A stretch of DNA of 64,000 nt from a virus (taxonomy: Duplodnaviria; Caudoviricetes), in IMG/VR virus record IMGVR_UViG_3300037755_000216, positions 7,017-71,016 of that record. One strand, written 5' to 3'. A program made the position numbers and the translations under genes. Positions 1 to 9,030 of this stretch are shown here, piece by piece (the stretch's first letter is position 1; each line of letters begins with the position of its first letter). The notes beneath the pieces are model-generated. The model saw only the letters and a list, made by a program, of their open reading frames with translations, was not told the DNA's origin and did not search any database.

Positions 1-130
1 CAAAGTTCCGGGGCGACATCGCCTGATCCACCGTCAGCGTAAGCGTCGCGATGTTCGGACCAATGAAGGTGGCCGGCTGGTCCCCGATGGTCCCGAGCAT
101 CCCAAGATTTTGTAGCAGCGGTAGCAGCAT
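1..130 (-). CDS. Virion/tail-associated protein, 5' fragment (runs off the window edge)
   Basis: ATG at 130 overlaps the upstream TGA (ATGA coupling). Reads MLLPLLQNLGMLGTIGDQPATFIGPNIATLTLTVDQ..., open to position 1. Confidence 0.6.
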   Translation of the reverse strand, partial: MLLPLLQNLGMLGTIGDQPATFIGPNIATLTLTVDQAMSPRNF

Positions 131-1071
131 CACCCAACCCCAAGCAGCATGATATTTGGCTGGTCCGCGACAGCCTCATCCGCCACAAACCACGCCATCG
201 TGCGCCACTCGATCGTATCGGCCTCGCCTCGGTACTCGATCGCACCGCTACCATCAGTCGGACAGATGAGGCACTCGAAAATCGAGTTGATGGGAAACGT
301 GAGCCCCGAATCGCCCGCGGCGCGCAGCGCGGCTGAATTGGTAGTAGAAGCTTTGTCTGCGACGACGAACACGAAACTCGCGGCCGCATTCGAGGCTGGA
401 TACGCGCGCCACGTGTCGTCATTGGTGGCTGATTCAGCAGCAGGTACATCAGCGTCGATAAACTCGATGCCACCGGTCATGTAGCCGAGGATAGAATTCG
501 CCTGCGCGGTCCTGAAATTGGCTACCCGTGATCCATCAAGTGGCACGATCGCGGTGCCATTGATCACATTGGTGTATGCGCCGCTTGCCCCTGTAGGCCG
601 CCAGCGGCCCGCGAAGTCATTGAAGATCGCCGCTACGGCGCCGCCGGGAATACTGGCGGACATGTCACGGTCCAAATCGACATTGCCCGTAGAGGTGATG
701 GTAGGCAGCGCGTCGGCATCAAAAAACACCGTTTCTGCGCCGGTGAACCCGAGGATCTGAATCGGCGTACTGGCCGGCGTCTCCGTATAGATATCGATCG
801 TGTTGCCAGCGCCCAGCGGGCAGATGATCGACCGAATCTCGCGAGTGCAGTCAGCCAACAACAACGGCGTTGTCGTACCGGGCACTCTGACGCCCAGCCA
901 GTTGGCCGAGGAGCTGGTGTTCTGCGGCCATAAAATGACGCCCGTCGCGCCCGGCGGCACCGTGACGAAAGAGTCGAGGTCGACGTCTTCGTTCCACGTG
1001 CCGATGTCGTCCGTCGTGCCCGAGGCGGACAATCCGGTGATGGTGGTGCGGGTGACGCTGGACCAACTCAT
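130..1071 (-). CDS. Beta-rich tail/virion protein
   Basis: Track ORF 130..1125; start moved to ATG 1071 (MSWSSVTR), which is ATGA-coupled to the upstream stop. Ser/Thr/Gly-rich; lies in the structural operon. Confidence 0.65.
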   Translation of the reverse strand: MSWSSVTRTTITGLSASGTTDDIGTWNEDVDLDSFVTVPPGATGVILWPQNTSSSANWLGVRVPGTTTPLLLADCTREIRSIICPLGAGNTIDIYTETPASTPIQILGFTGAETVFFDADALPTITSTGNVDLDRDMSASIPGGAVAAIFNDFAGRWRPTGASGAYTNVINGTAIVPLDGSRVANFRTAQANSILGYMTGGIEFIDADVPAAESATNDDTWRAYPASNAAASFVFVVADKASTTNSAALRAAGDSGLTFPINSIFECLICPTDGSGAIEYRGEADTIEWRTMAWFVADEAVADQPNIMLLGVG

Positions 1072-2090
1072 GTGATGGTCGCCACTTTGGACACCGCGCC
1101 CGAAGAGGCTCGCATGTAGAGGCATTTACCAGAGAGCGCGGCGCCGAAAATACCAGCCCTGAATTCGAGCGTCGCTACGTTGCCGGACCATGTGAGTGGG
1201 ATCTGCACCTCCTGATTGTGCTGATCATCTGTCTCCCACGAGGTAGTGTCAGTGAGCCAGAATGACATCCACTCGTCATCAACGTAAACCGCGTCGATGT
1301 TCAACCTAAAAGAAGTTAGCGCCCACGCGGATTGCTCTTGTGGGAAGAAAAATCGCCGGTATTTACTCGGTGACGCGCCATCGTACGCAACGAATGGATT
1401 GTTCACGTTGGCCAACTCAAAGCCCTGATCACCAATAGTCACCGAAGTATCGGCGTTGTTCACCGTCCCGTGCAGCAAGCGACCGTGCTTGGTCCGCCAC
1501 TCATTTTTATGCAGTCCAAAATTACCGCCGACATTCCAGGTGCCGCTACCCGGAGCCTCAGAGTTCGATCGTGGATTGCCGTCGGGGCCGGTATCTCCGC
1601 CGACAGCCTCGAAGATATAGTCAGAGACCCCGAAGCCCGAAAATCCCGACCAGATGCGCCAGAATTTGTTATTGAATAACGAGCCGGCGGCAAACGCCTC
1701 ATCGCCCGCAAAATTAAATCGCTGGCGCGACCAGTACTGCATCCGATCTTCGGTATCCACGACGAACGGGCCGGCCATCGCGCTCTGGCTCGTACCTTGA
1801 TACGCATACTCCAGCGAGTGCTGGCGGTTGGGTGCAACTTGTGATTCGACGATCGTCGAGTGCTCGAAGCCGCCGCTGTACGTGCCACGGCTCGCAGCGT
1901 GCAACGTGGTCGTGCCACTTTTGCCGAAATCGTAAAAGTACAGTGGGCCAGCGCCGCCGGGTTTAGTACCAACGCTGGCGCCGCTGACGGTGATGATTTC
2001 TCCATCGATCGCATCGCCCGTCACCGAAAAGCCACTAGCGGGAATGAAGTCGCCGGCTGTAGCCGAGCGTTTCACTATCAACACGCTCAT
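1068..2090 (-). CDS. Tail-associated protein, possible lectin/polysaccharide-lyase-like beta-sandwich
   Basis: 340-aa ORF, aromatic-rich (YWSRQRFNF...NNKFWRIW), directly after the fibre gene. The fold call is weak inference. Confidence 0.5.
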   Translation of the reverse strand: MSVLIVKRSATAGDFIPASGFSVTGDAIDGEIITVSGASVGTKPGGAGPLYFYDFGKSGTTTLHAASRGTYSGGFEHSTIVESQVAPNRQHSLEYAYQGTSQSAMAGPFVVDTEDRMQYWSRQRFNFAGDEAFAAGSLFNNKFWRIWSGFSGFGVSDYIFEAVGGDTGPDGNPRSNSEAPGSGTWNVGGNFGLHKNEWRTKHGRLLHGTVNNADTSVTIGDQGFELANVNNPFVAYDGASPSKYRRFFFPQEQSAWALTSFRLNIDAVYVDDEWMSFWLTDTTSWETDDQHNQEVQIPLTWSGNVATLEFRAGIFGAALSGKCLYMRASSGAVSKVATIT

Positions 2091-5000
2091 TTAGGTGTAA
2101 TCGACGTTGAAGAATAGCTCGTTTGCTGCCAATACCGTGGCGTCGTTGTCAGCCACTGCGGCGCTCGCACGAATGCCAATGCCGGTGGGGAAGTCCTTAC
2201 CTTTTGGAAACTGCACCACGAAGCCAGCGCCAGCTGCGTTGCCGGGGATGATGCCGCGCCACAGGATGTTCGCGGTATCGCCCGTGCCAGGTGCGCCGGT
2301 CTGGTTGTACAAGCGCACGAAACGCGCGGCTGCATTCACGTTAAAGACCTGCAACGAATGTACTTTGCCAGCGCTCGCCTTGATCACGGCGCTCAAAACT
2401 GCGGCCGCGGAGATGGATTGGTAGCTCGAAGCGCCGCCCGCAGCGTGTGCGTACTCGGTGACGATCTGTTTGCGATCCAGCGTCATCCGCGCGGCGCCGA
2501 TATCTCCCTCATCGACCGAGTCAGGGGATGTCTCATCAGCAAAGAAGCCAGCCGGATTGACGCGCGAAGTCGCGGGCGTGAAAGCCGCGTCGTCAGCGAT
2601 CTCATTGGTGTTGTGGACCCACAGGCCACCATCGCCCGCCATGTTCAGCGAGCTGTAGTCGCCATCCGTGGTGTTGCCAACGATATTGGCGTCACGTCGC
2701 ACCGCAAGACTCAGCACGCCAGTGTCGCCGGAGGTGTGCGGGGAATCCTCGTTCTTGCCCAGCGCTGTCGCGCCACTGCCTGGGATGAGCGAATCAACCT
2801 GCACCGCAAACGTGCCAGCGTTATCGACCGTCAGCGATCCTGAGTTGTCGGTGATCGGCACCGCGACGCCAGAGGCGTTCACGTACACCCGGCCGGCGCT
2901 GTCGGCCTTCACCATGCCGTAGTCGCCATCGGCTGAGGTGGAGCCGGTGATCGAGTCCTGACGCACCACCAGGATGGCCACCCCAGTGTCCCCGCTCGCC
3001 GCCGCCGCATCCTCAGCCTTACCTAGATTGGTGGCCGCCGTGCCAGGAACGATGGAGGTCGTGATGCTGGCGATCGAGCCGATGGTGGCCGAGCCAGCCG
3101 CTAGAGCGGGCAGGGTAGCGACATCCACATCCCCGATGTTCTGGGTACCCGCCGGCAATTCGCCGGTCTGAGCGACCAGGAGCGCGCTGGAGGCGTTCAC
3201 GTTGGCCCCGCGCTCATTGCCCGCCGCGTCGCGCAACGTCGAATGCAGGCTACGGTTGGCGGACATCCGCACCACCCCACCGTCTCCCTCGTTCACGCTG
3301 TCAGGCGTCACATCATCGAACAGGGCGCCCATCGGGGTGATGCTGGTCGTACCGACGGTGAAGGCCGCATCGTCAGCCATCGCCGTACCACCCGAGCCGG
3401 CGCCTGAGATGATCGCCACCTTGAGCGAACCGTCCGCATCGATCGCGAAGGGCGAATAATCCCCGTCCGCGGAGACGAATGTGGTGTTGGCATCGCGGCG
3501 TACCCCCATCACGAAGTAGCCGGTTGCACCAGAGGAGTGCGCCGCATCCTCCGCGAACGTGCCTGGCGCGGTCAGGACATCGACATCCCCGATATTGTTG
3601 GTCCCGGCCGGCAGCGCCGCGTCGATGGTGGTCGACGTATAGAGCCTTCCGGAGGCGTTGACGTTGAGGGTGGAGTAATCCCCATCCGTACCCGATCCCA
3701 CCGCTGCCGTGTCGCGGCGGACCGCCAGGGCCATGGTTCCGGTGTCTCCGCTGGCAGCCGCGGCGTCCTCCGCGTACTGAGTGCCCGCTGTCCCACCCGT
3801 CACCCGCAGGGCGCCAGTGGAGTCCACCGACAAGTTGGCGAAGTCCCCATCGGCCGATACGCCAGAGCTCGCGCTGTCCCGGCGCACGGCTAGGACCGCG
3901 ATGCCATCCTCACCACCGGAGGAGGCAGAGTCTTCCGCAATCGAGTTCAGGCCATTGGAGACTTCCACCCACAGAGCGCCGGTGGAGGTGGTCCGTAGGG
4001 GCACGTAATCCCCCTCCACTGGCGTCAGCGTGGACAGGGCATCGTCTCGCACCGCCAGGATGGCCACGCCGGTATCAGTGGCGCCTGCCGCAGAATCAAT
4101 TGCCTTGCCCGAGTTGGTGGCGCCCGTACCTGGCACGACGGACAGCACGTCCACGTCGCCAATGTTGTTGGTGCCGGCAGGAATCGCCGTGTCCAGTGTC
4201 GCGGAGGTGTACAGCCTGCCGCCAGAGGACAGGTTCAGCGTCGCGTAATCCCCGTCCGCACCCGCGCCGGAGGCTGGGGTATCCCGGCGCACGCCCAGCG
4301 CCATGACGCCGGTGTCGCCGGACGCATGGACCGCGTCTTCTGCTTTGCCCAAGTTCGTCGCCGCAGTACCCGGCACCACAGCCGTCGTGATCGAGCTGAC
4401 CGCGACCGTCCCGTCAATCGTGAGGCTACCGGCCCCATCATCGATCGAGATAGTCGTACCGCCGTCCGTGACCGCCAGGAAGCCAGAGGCATCGATGTTC
4501 AGGCCCCGCTCGTTCCCCGCGGCGTCGCGAATCTGCACGTACAGGTTGCGGTTGGCCGACATTCGGACAACACCGCCATCCCCCTCATTGACCGAATCGG
4601 GGGTGACGTCATCGAAAAAGCCAGCAATTGGGGTGACGCTGGTGCTCGCAGGCGTGAACGCTGCGTCATCAGTCATTGCCGTGCCGCCGGATCCTCCGCC
4701 GGCCACGATGTTGACGCGCAGTGCATCGTTCGTGTCATCCATCGCTGAGTCGCCCAGCGGCGTGCGCATGGAGGTATACAGCGAGCGCGTGGCCGTCATG
4801 CCCACGACACCGACATCACCGGAATCCACCGCATCCGTGGTGACGAAGCCCATGATCGGCGTGCCTGAGCCGACCGCGGCCGTGAAGGCGCCATCGTCAG
4901 TCGAAGCCGTGCCCCCGGAGCCCGCTCCGGAGATGATGGCGACCTTCAGGTTACCGTTCGCATCTACCTGGAACGGGGCGTAATCCCCATCGGTGCCCAC

Positions 5001-5726
5001 CAGTGTGGTGTTCGCGTCGCGACGCACGGCCAGCACCTGTACGCCCGCGTCCGCAGAGACGTGCGCTGAGTCTTCCGCGAACGTCGCCGGCATCGTGACG
5101 ATATCGACGTTGCCTATGTTGTTGTCGCCCGCAGCAATCGACAGCACGTCGATGTCACCGATGTTGTTGGTGCCAGCCGGCAGCGCAGCGTCAATGGTGG
5201 CGCTGGTGTACAGGCGGCCCGAAGCATTCACGTTCAGCGTCGAATAGTCGCCGTCGGTCCCAGATCCTACTGCGGCGGTATCGCGCCGGACCGCGAGCGC
5301 TGCCACTCCTGTGTCGCCCGAGGCATGCGCCGCATCCTCAGCCTTGCCCAAGTGGGCGGCCGAGGTGCCAGGCGTCATGGAAGTCGTGATCGAGGATACC
5401 GCCAAGGTGCCGCTCACCGGCTGCGTGACGCCCGAGCCATCCACCGTGACCGTGTTCGAGACCGTGACCGCGCCATCGATGGTGATCGAGCCACCGCCGT
5501 CCTGGATCGTCAGCGTGCCGTCGACCGTGATCGAGCCGCCACCATCATCGACCGTGATCGCGCCGCCGGCATCGGACATCGGCAAAGGCGCTGCGTTGCT
5601 CAGTGGCGTCATCACGCCATCGGCACCGGTTGCGAGTTTTACGATCTGGTACTTGACGCCGCCGACATCATCTGTGCCGATCGTGTCGCCGCCAGTCCCG
5701 CTATTGAGAACCGTATTGTCTGCGAT
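2091..5726 (-). CDS. Long repetitive Asp/Gly/Ala-rich fibre-like virion protein (~1211 aa if started at ATC 5726)
   Basis: About 9 AEDxxHxSGDTG...AVRRD...DGDY repeats and 4 DDAAFT repeats. The frame is open 37 codons upstream of the track start (5615), back to ATC-GCA-GAC-AAT, with GGAGG 10 nt upstream. Confidence 0.8.
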   Translation of the reverse strand: MADNTVLNSGTGGDTIGTDDVGGVKYQIVKLATGADGVMTPLSNAAPLPMSDAGGAITVDDGGGSITVDGTLTIQDGGGSITIDGAVTVSNTVTVDGSGVTQPVSGTLAVSSITTSMTPGTSAAHLGKAEDAAHASGDTGVAALAVRRDTAAVGSGTDGDYSTLNVNASGRLYTSATIDAALPAGTNNIGDIDVLSIAAGDNNIGNVDIVTMPATFAEDSAHVSADAGVQVLAVRRDANTTLVGTDGDYAPFQVDANGNLKVAIISGAGSGGTASTDDGAFTAAVGSGTPIMGFVTTDAVDSGDVGVVGMTATRSLYTSMRTPLGDSAMDDTNDALRVNIVAGGGSGGTAMTDDAAFTPASTSVTPIAGFFDDVTPDSVNEGDGGVVRMSANRNLYVQIRDAAGNERGLNIDASGFLAVTDGGTTISIDDGAGSLTIDGTVAVSSITTAVVPGTAATNLGKAEDAVHASGDTGVMALGVRRDTPASGAGADGDYATLNLSSGGRLYTSATLDTAIPAGTNNIGDVDVLSVVPGTGATNSGKAIDSAAGATDTGVAILAVRDDALSTLTPVEGDYVPLRTTSTGALWVEVSNGLNSIAEDSASSGGEDGIAVLAVRRDSASSGVSADGDFANLSVDSTGALRVTGGTAGTQYAEDAAAASGDTGTMALAVRRDTAAVGSGTDGDYSTLNVNASGRLYTSTTIDAALPAGTNNIGDVDVLTAPGTFAEDAAHSSGATGYFVMGVRRDANTTFVSADGDYSPFAIDADGSLKVAIISGAGSGGTAMADDAAFTVGTTSITPMGALFDDVTPDSVNEGDGGVVRMSANRSLHSTLRDAAGNERGANVNASSALLVAQTGELPAGTQNIGDVDVATLPALAAGSATIGSIASITTSIVPGTAATNLGKAEDAAAASGDTGVAILVVRQDSITGSTSADGDYGMVKADSAGRVYVNASGVAVPITDNSGSLTVDNAGTFAVQVDSLIPGSGATALGKNEDSPHTSGDTGVLSLAVRRDANIVGNTTDGDYSSLNMAGDGGLWVHNTNEIADDAAFTPATSRVNPAGFFADETSPDSVDEGDIGAARMTLDRKQIVTEYAHAAGGASSYQSISAAAVLSAVIKASAGKVHSLQVFNVNAAARFVRLYNQTGAPGTGDTANILWRGIIPGNAAGAGFVVQFPKGKDFPTGIGIRASAAVADNDATVLAANELFFNVDYT
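2500..5350 (-). repeat. Internal protein-level tandem repeats of the fibre gene
   Basis: DTAAVGSGTDGDYSTLNVNASGRLYTS at 5202-5282 and 3633-3713; DVTPDSVNEGDGGVVRMS at 4557-4610 and 3261-3314. Confidence 0.9.
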
Positions 5727-5744
5727 GGCTGCAAATCCTCCGCG

Positions 5745-6071
5745 TTATGCGCCGCGATGGCCGGCCTGAATCAACTTCAGGGTCGCGGTCCCGGTCCCCG
5801 CAGAGGTGTGCAGGCGGATCGCACGCACGGGAAAGGCGTAGTTGCCGTCTTCGTTGGCCGATAGATCTGCGACCGATGGGTGATCAAACCAATCGGCCGT
5901 TCCAGCATCGAAGTCATCGGCCCATATGTCATCGAAGGTGTGTTGGACGGTGTACGTGATCGTGCCGTCGACGATGACGCCAAAGCCCACCTGGAAGGGA
6001 TTGCGGATGGTGTCCATGGGCTGCGGGAGACTGTCCCCCACGCCCGTCACGGATACGGTAATCGGTCTCAC
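5745..6071 (-). CDS. Small virion structural protein
   Basis: 108 aa, beta-strand pattern (TYTVQHTFDD), SD GAGG upstream, inside the capsid-fibre operon. Confidence 0.7.
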   Translation of the reverse strand: MRPITVSVTGVGDSLPQPMDTIRNPFQVGFGVIVDGTITYTVQHTFDDIWADDFDAGTADWFDHPSVADLSANEDGNYAFPVRAIRLHTSAGTGTATLKLIQAGHRGA

Positions 6072-6092
6072 GCTGCACGCTCCTCAAAAAGC

Positions 6093-6169
6093 TGGAAGCG
6101 GGGGCCGGACTCGAACCGGCGAAAACCAGCTTATGAGACTGGTGGCATAGACCGCTCGCCCACCCCGCT
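6093..6169 (-). tRNA. tRNA-Met (CAT); Ile2 not excluded
   Basis: Cloverleaf: AGCGGGG/CCCCGCT acceptor, CCAGT-CTCATAA-GCTGG anticodon arm, GCCGG-TTCGAGT-CCGGC T arm, encoded CCA; 77 nt. Confidence 0.9.
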
Positions 6170-6174
6170 ACCAA

Positions 6175-6858
6175 TTAACCGTCGTACTGGTCGACCCCGT
6201 AGGCCAGCAACTTCGTCGCCGAGCCTGCGATCTTGTACATCACCGCATAGGTGCGCGTGTCATCCGGCGCCGAGCCGAATGAGATGGTGCCGCGCACATC
6301 GCCCGTCGTAGCCGTGGCAGGATCCGTGGTCACCGCGGGCACGAACGTCCCGGTGGTAATCGCGTTGTCCATGTTCTTGATGATCAACGCGTTCACGTCC
6401 ACCCGATGCGGCAGGCCGATCACGACGCCAGAACCCACCGTCAATCCAGTCACGTCCGCTGACACGGCAACCGCAGTCACCGTCTTGAAGGCTTTCTTGC
6501 CGGTTAGCGAAGTGCCTGATGCAGATGACTCCTTGAGCACGGCGCCGTACAAATCAGTGCCCGTCACCGTGATGACGGCTGCACCGGTCCATGCTGCCAC
6601 CACGTTGCGTGGCGTATCGAAGGTCGCCACCCCGCCAGCGGCCAAGGCACCGGCGATGCCAGCGCCCGAGTACACGCCCAGCGCGGTGAGATCCTGCGTC
6701 TCTATCGCGCCATTGGCATCGGCCAGGACGATGACACCGTAGTTGTGGAAGTTGAACTCGATGTCCACCGCCACGCCGGGCTTGTTCGATTCAACCGGCG
6801 GATAGGTCACCTTCCCTACGAAGAAGCTATCCGCCAGCGTGAGATGTTCGCGACTCAT
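6175..6858 (-). CDS. Minor capsid/head decoration-like protein
   Basis: 227 aa directly after the major capsid gene; TPRNV...TVTGTDLYG...GKKAFKTVT motif recalled from phage virion proteins; SD AGGAG. Confidence 0.6.
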   Translation of the reverse strand: MSREHLTLADSFFVGKVTYPPVESNKPGVAVDIEFNFHNYGVIVLADANGAIETQDLTALGVYSGAGIAGALAAGGVATFDTPRNVVAAWTGAAVITVTGTDLYGAVLKESSASGTSLTGKKAFKTVTAVAVSADVTGLTVGSGVVIGLPHRVDVNALIIKNMDNAITTGTFVPAVTTDPATATTGDVRGTISFGSAPDDTRTYAVMYKIAGSATKLLAYGVDQYDG

Positions 6859-6897
6859 GAGGATCTCCTGAAAGTTGAGTGATTCGTCCTCAGACGA

Positions 6898-7794
6898 TCA
6901 GGAGCCCGCGATGCCGCGCCAGTTGCTCCAGCCCTGCGAGTAGCGCTCGCGCAGCTTGTAGCGCAGCGTGCCGGTCTCGAACGCACCCTCCAATCCCTTC
7001 TTCAGGCCGACACGCTTGAACGCACGCAAGCCTTTCTCAACGTCCGTAATGAGGAACCACTTAGCAGGGTCCGACAGGTAGACGTTGATCGAGAAGCCTG
7101 GCACCACGTTCAGGTGCTTCAGCGCGTTCACGTTGTTGGACTGCGTATCGACCTGGTAGGGCGAGGCGAAGATGCGAGTCGCCACGTACTGCAGCGCCGT
7201 CGGCAGGATCGCGCGCTTGATCTTGGCCTTCACCGGCAGACCGCGCTCATCGTCCCAGTCCGCGATCTGAATGGTCAGCTGCTCAAGCGCGGCTTCGGAC
7301 AACTGCGCAGGCGTAGCCAGCGTGTTCGACAGCACGCCCCCGCCACCCAACGGATGCGCGGTCGATAGCAACTGCACGTCATCGCCGCCGGGGAAGTTGG
7401 AGTCGAAGGCGTAGTTCAGGATGTTGGCCCGGCGCAGTTCCTTGCTGTACAGCGTGGACAACGTCATGGCCTTGGAGATCTCTGCACCCATCGACAGGTA
7501 CAGGTTGTCCTCGACCGCTTCCTCCGAGATCGACACCGCCTTCACGATCGTCGCGTGGTGGTAGCGCGAGACATAGGTCTCGAACATGTCGTCGTAGGTG
7601 ATGGCCGCGCCTTCGCCTTTTTCGTTCGCCGCGCCGAGGCCCGTGTGCATCACGTCCTCTTCGTAGGCTTTGTTGGAACTCTCTTCGGTGAAGATGTCCG
7701 TCCACTGCGTATCCCACCGCTTGTAGGTGAGACCGACAACAGAGTTCAGCCCTTCTTGGAGCTGCTTGCGCTGATGCGCTCGTAAGATCGTCAT
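6898..7794 (-). CDS. Major capsid protein (HK97 fold)
   Basis: 298 aa; LQEGLNSVVGLTY, EEDV..TGLG, RERYSQGWSNWRGI typical of this capsid family; follows scaffold and decoration genes. Confidence 0.88.
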   Translation of the reverse strand: MTILRAHQRKQLQEGLNSVVGLTYKRWDTQWTDIFTEESSNKAYEEDVMHTGLGAANEKGEGAAITYDDMFETYVSRYHHATIVKAVSISEEAVEDNLYLSMGAEISKAMTLSTLYSKELRRANILNYAFDSNFPGGDDVQLLSTAHPLGGGGVLSNTLATPAQLSEAALEQLTIQIADWDDERGLPVKAKIKRAILPTALQYVATRIFASPYQVDTQSNNVNALKHLNVVPGFSINVYLSDPAKWFLITDVEKGLRAFKRVGLKKGLEGAFETGTLRYKLRERYSQGWSNWRGIAGS

Positions 7795-7806
7795 GGTCGC
7801 AGCTCC

Positions 7807-8367
7807 TTAAATGGCCGTCAGTGCGGCGGCTTTGTAGTGGTCGGAGATCTGCACAACGATCTTCGCGAAGTCGCCATACGCGTTGTCGTCCTCCTTGAGC
7901 AGTTCCTCGATGCGCAGCTGGTCGCCCGAGCCGACCGTGCTTGAATCAAGTTCGGTCGTGGAGTTGCCCAGCGCATTGGGGGCGCCAATGAGCACGTCCG
8001 CGAGCGCGCCAATGTCGGCTGCCACAATGTCCTCATCCCCCTGGATGCCGAACAGCAGGGCTGGATCGTCAGCGACGGCGGCTTCAGCGACCGTGCCGGT
8101 CGTAAGCGTCGTGCCAGTAGCCCAGTTGGGTTTGTACTGCACGCCGTCGGAGTTGAAGTACACGACACCGAAGAACACGCCTATCAGGCGCGCACCAGCG
8201 GTCGCGATGTTGATGTTCTTGGAGGTGTTGACCGGAATGACCGGATCACCCTTCCCGATGTTCGAGGCAAGGCCCGAGGCGATCAGGTGGGTGTTCAGTC
8301 GATTGGGGTCGCCACCGGTCGCATGCCGAACGACTCGAAAGCCGGCCGGCGCGTCTCTGTTGGCCAT
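7807..8367 (-). CDS. Capsid decoration/cement protein
   Basis: MANRDAPAGF start, IGKGDPV, GVFFGVVY, DDPALLF motifs; immediately before the capsid gene. Confidence 0.7.
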   Translation of the reverse strand: MANRDAPAGFRVVRHATGGDPNRLNTHLIASGLASNIGKGDPVIPVNTSKNINIATAGARLIGVFFGVVYFNSDGVQYKPNWATGTTLTTGTVAEAAVADDPALLFGIQGDEDIVAADIGALADVLIGAPNALGNSTTELDSSTVGSGDQLRIEELLKEDDNAYGDFAKIVVQISDHYKAAALTAI

Positions 8368-8397
8368 GTGCGCATTCCTCTGGCTGCCTGAATATGG

Positions 8398-9030
8398 TTA
8401 GTCATCGGCAACGCTGGCTTGCTGCTTCCGCACGGGCACGCGATCTCGGTAGATACCGGAGGTTTCCTTGTTCACGTCTTCGACGATGGGCATCGCCGGA
8501 TGCGTGATGGAATTGGGACGGGGCTTGTTCACTTCCCGCGTCGCCTTGTCGCGCCGTGTGTTGTAGTAGTCATTGCGTTGAGCCAGCAAATCATCCGGGA
8601 TTTTCATCAGGATGCTGCTGTCATTCCCGATCACATTCCCATAATCGGACAGGTGCTGAGTCGGGAGAACTTTTTGCGGGTAGTCTTCCTTCCTCGCAAA
8701 TTCCCAGCCTTCCTGTAAATGCGCGATCATGTTTTCGTGGTCACCGCGGTTGCGGTTATCGCGGCGTACCCACTCACTGTGGTAGCCGGGTATTACAGGC
8801 ATGCCAGGCAGGCCATAGGCGCGCTGCCATCGACGTGCCGGGGGTCGCTCAGGCTCCTTGCGCTCCGCTGTCGCGTTGGTACGCGAGGAGTGGACCGTAT
8901 GCCGGACGGCTTTGAGATCGCCTCCAGTCTTCCGAGTGCGGCGTTGGCTTGCCTGGCGGGCCAACTCCGGTTTCGCCTGCTCTTTACGCAGGTTCGCGGC
9001 CAGCAATTCTTTCTCACTGGCCTTCATCAA
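8398..9030 (-). CDS. Conserved head-module protein
   Basis: 210 aa, GYHSEWVR...LQEGWEF motif; ATGA-coupled to the scaffold gene. Confidence 0.7.
   Translation of the reverse strand: MMKASEKELLAANLRKEQAKPELARQASQRRTRKTGGDLKAVRHTVHSSRTNATAERKEPERPPARRWQRAYGLPGMPVIPGYHSEWVRRDNRNRGDHENMIAHLQEGWEFARKEDYPQKVLPTQHLSDYGNVIGNDSSILMKIPDDLLAQRNDYYNTRRDKATREVNKPRPNSITHPAMPIVEDVNKETSGIYRDRVPVRKQQASVADD

Noticed and set aside
5325-5864. Plus-strand DRDR-repeat ORF and other + ORFs across 149-5864
   Set aside because: Antisense shadows of the repetitive minus-strand fibre genes; no SD and no family motifs.
5726-6169. Mechanistic link between the CAU tRNA and the nearby ATC start
   Set aside because: CAU does not pair with AUC and lysidine-modified CAU reads AUA; proximity alone is not evidence.
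6859-6900. Capsid C-terminal extension by frameshift or read-through
   Set aside because: No slippery sequence at the capsid stop, and the next gene has its own AGGAG SD and ATG.
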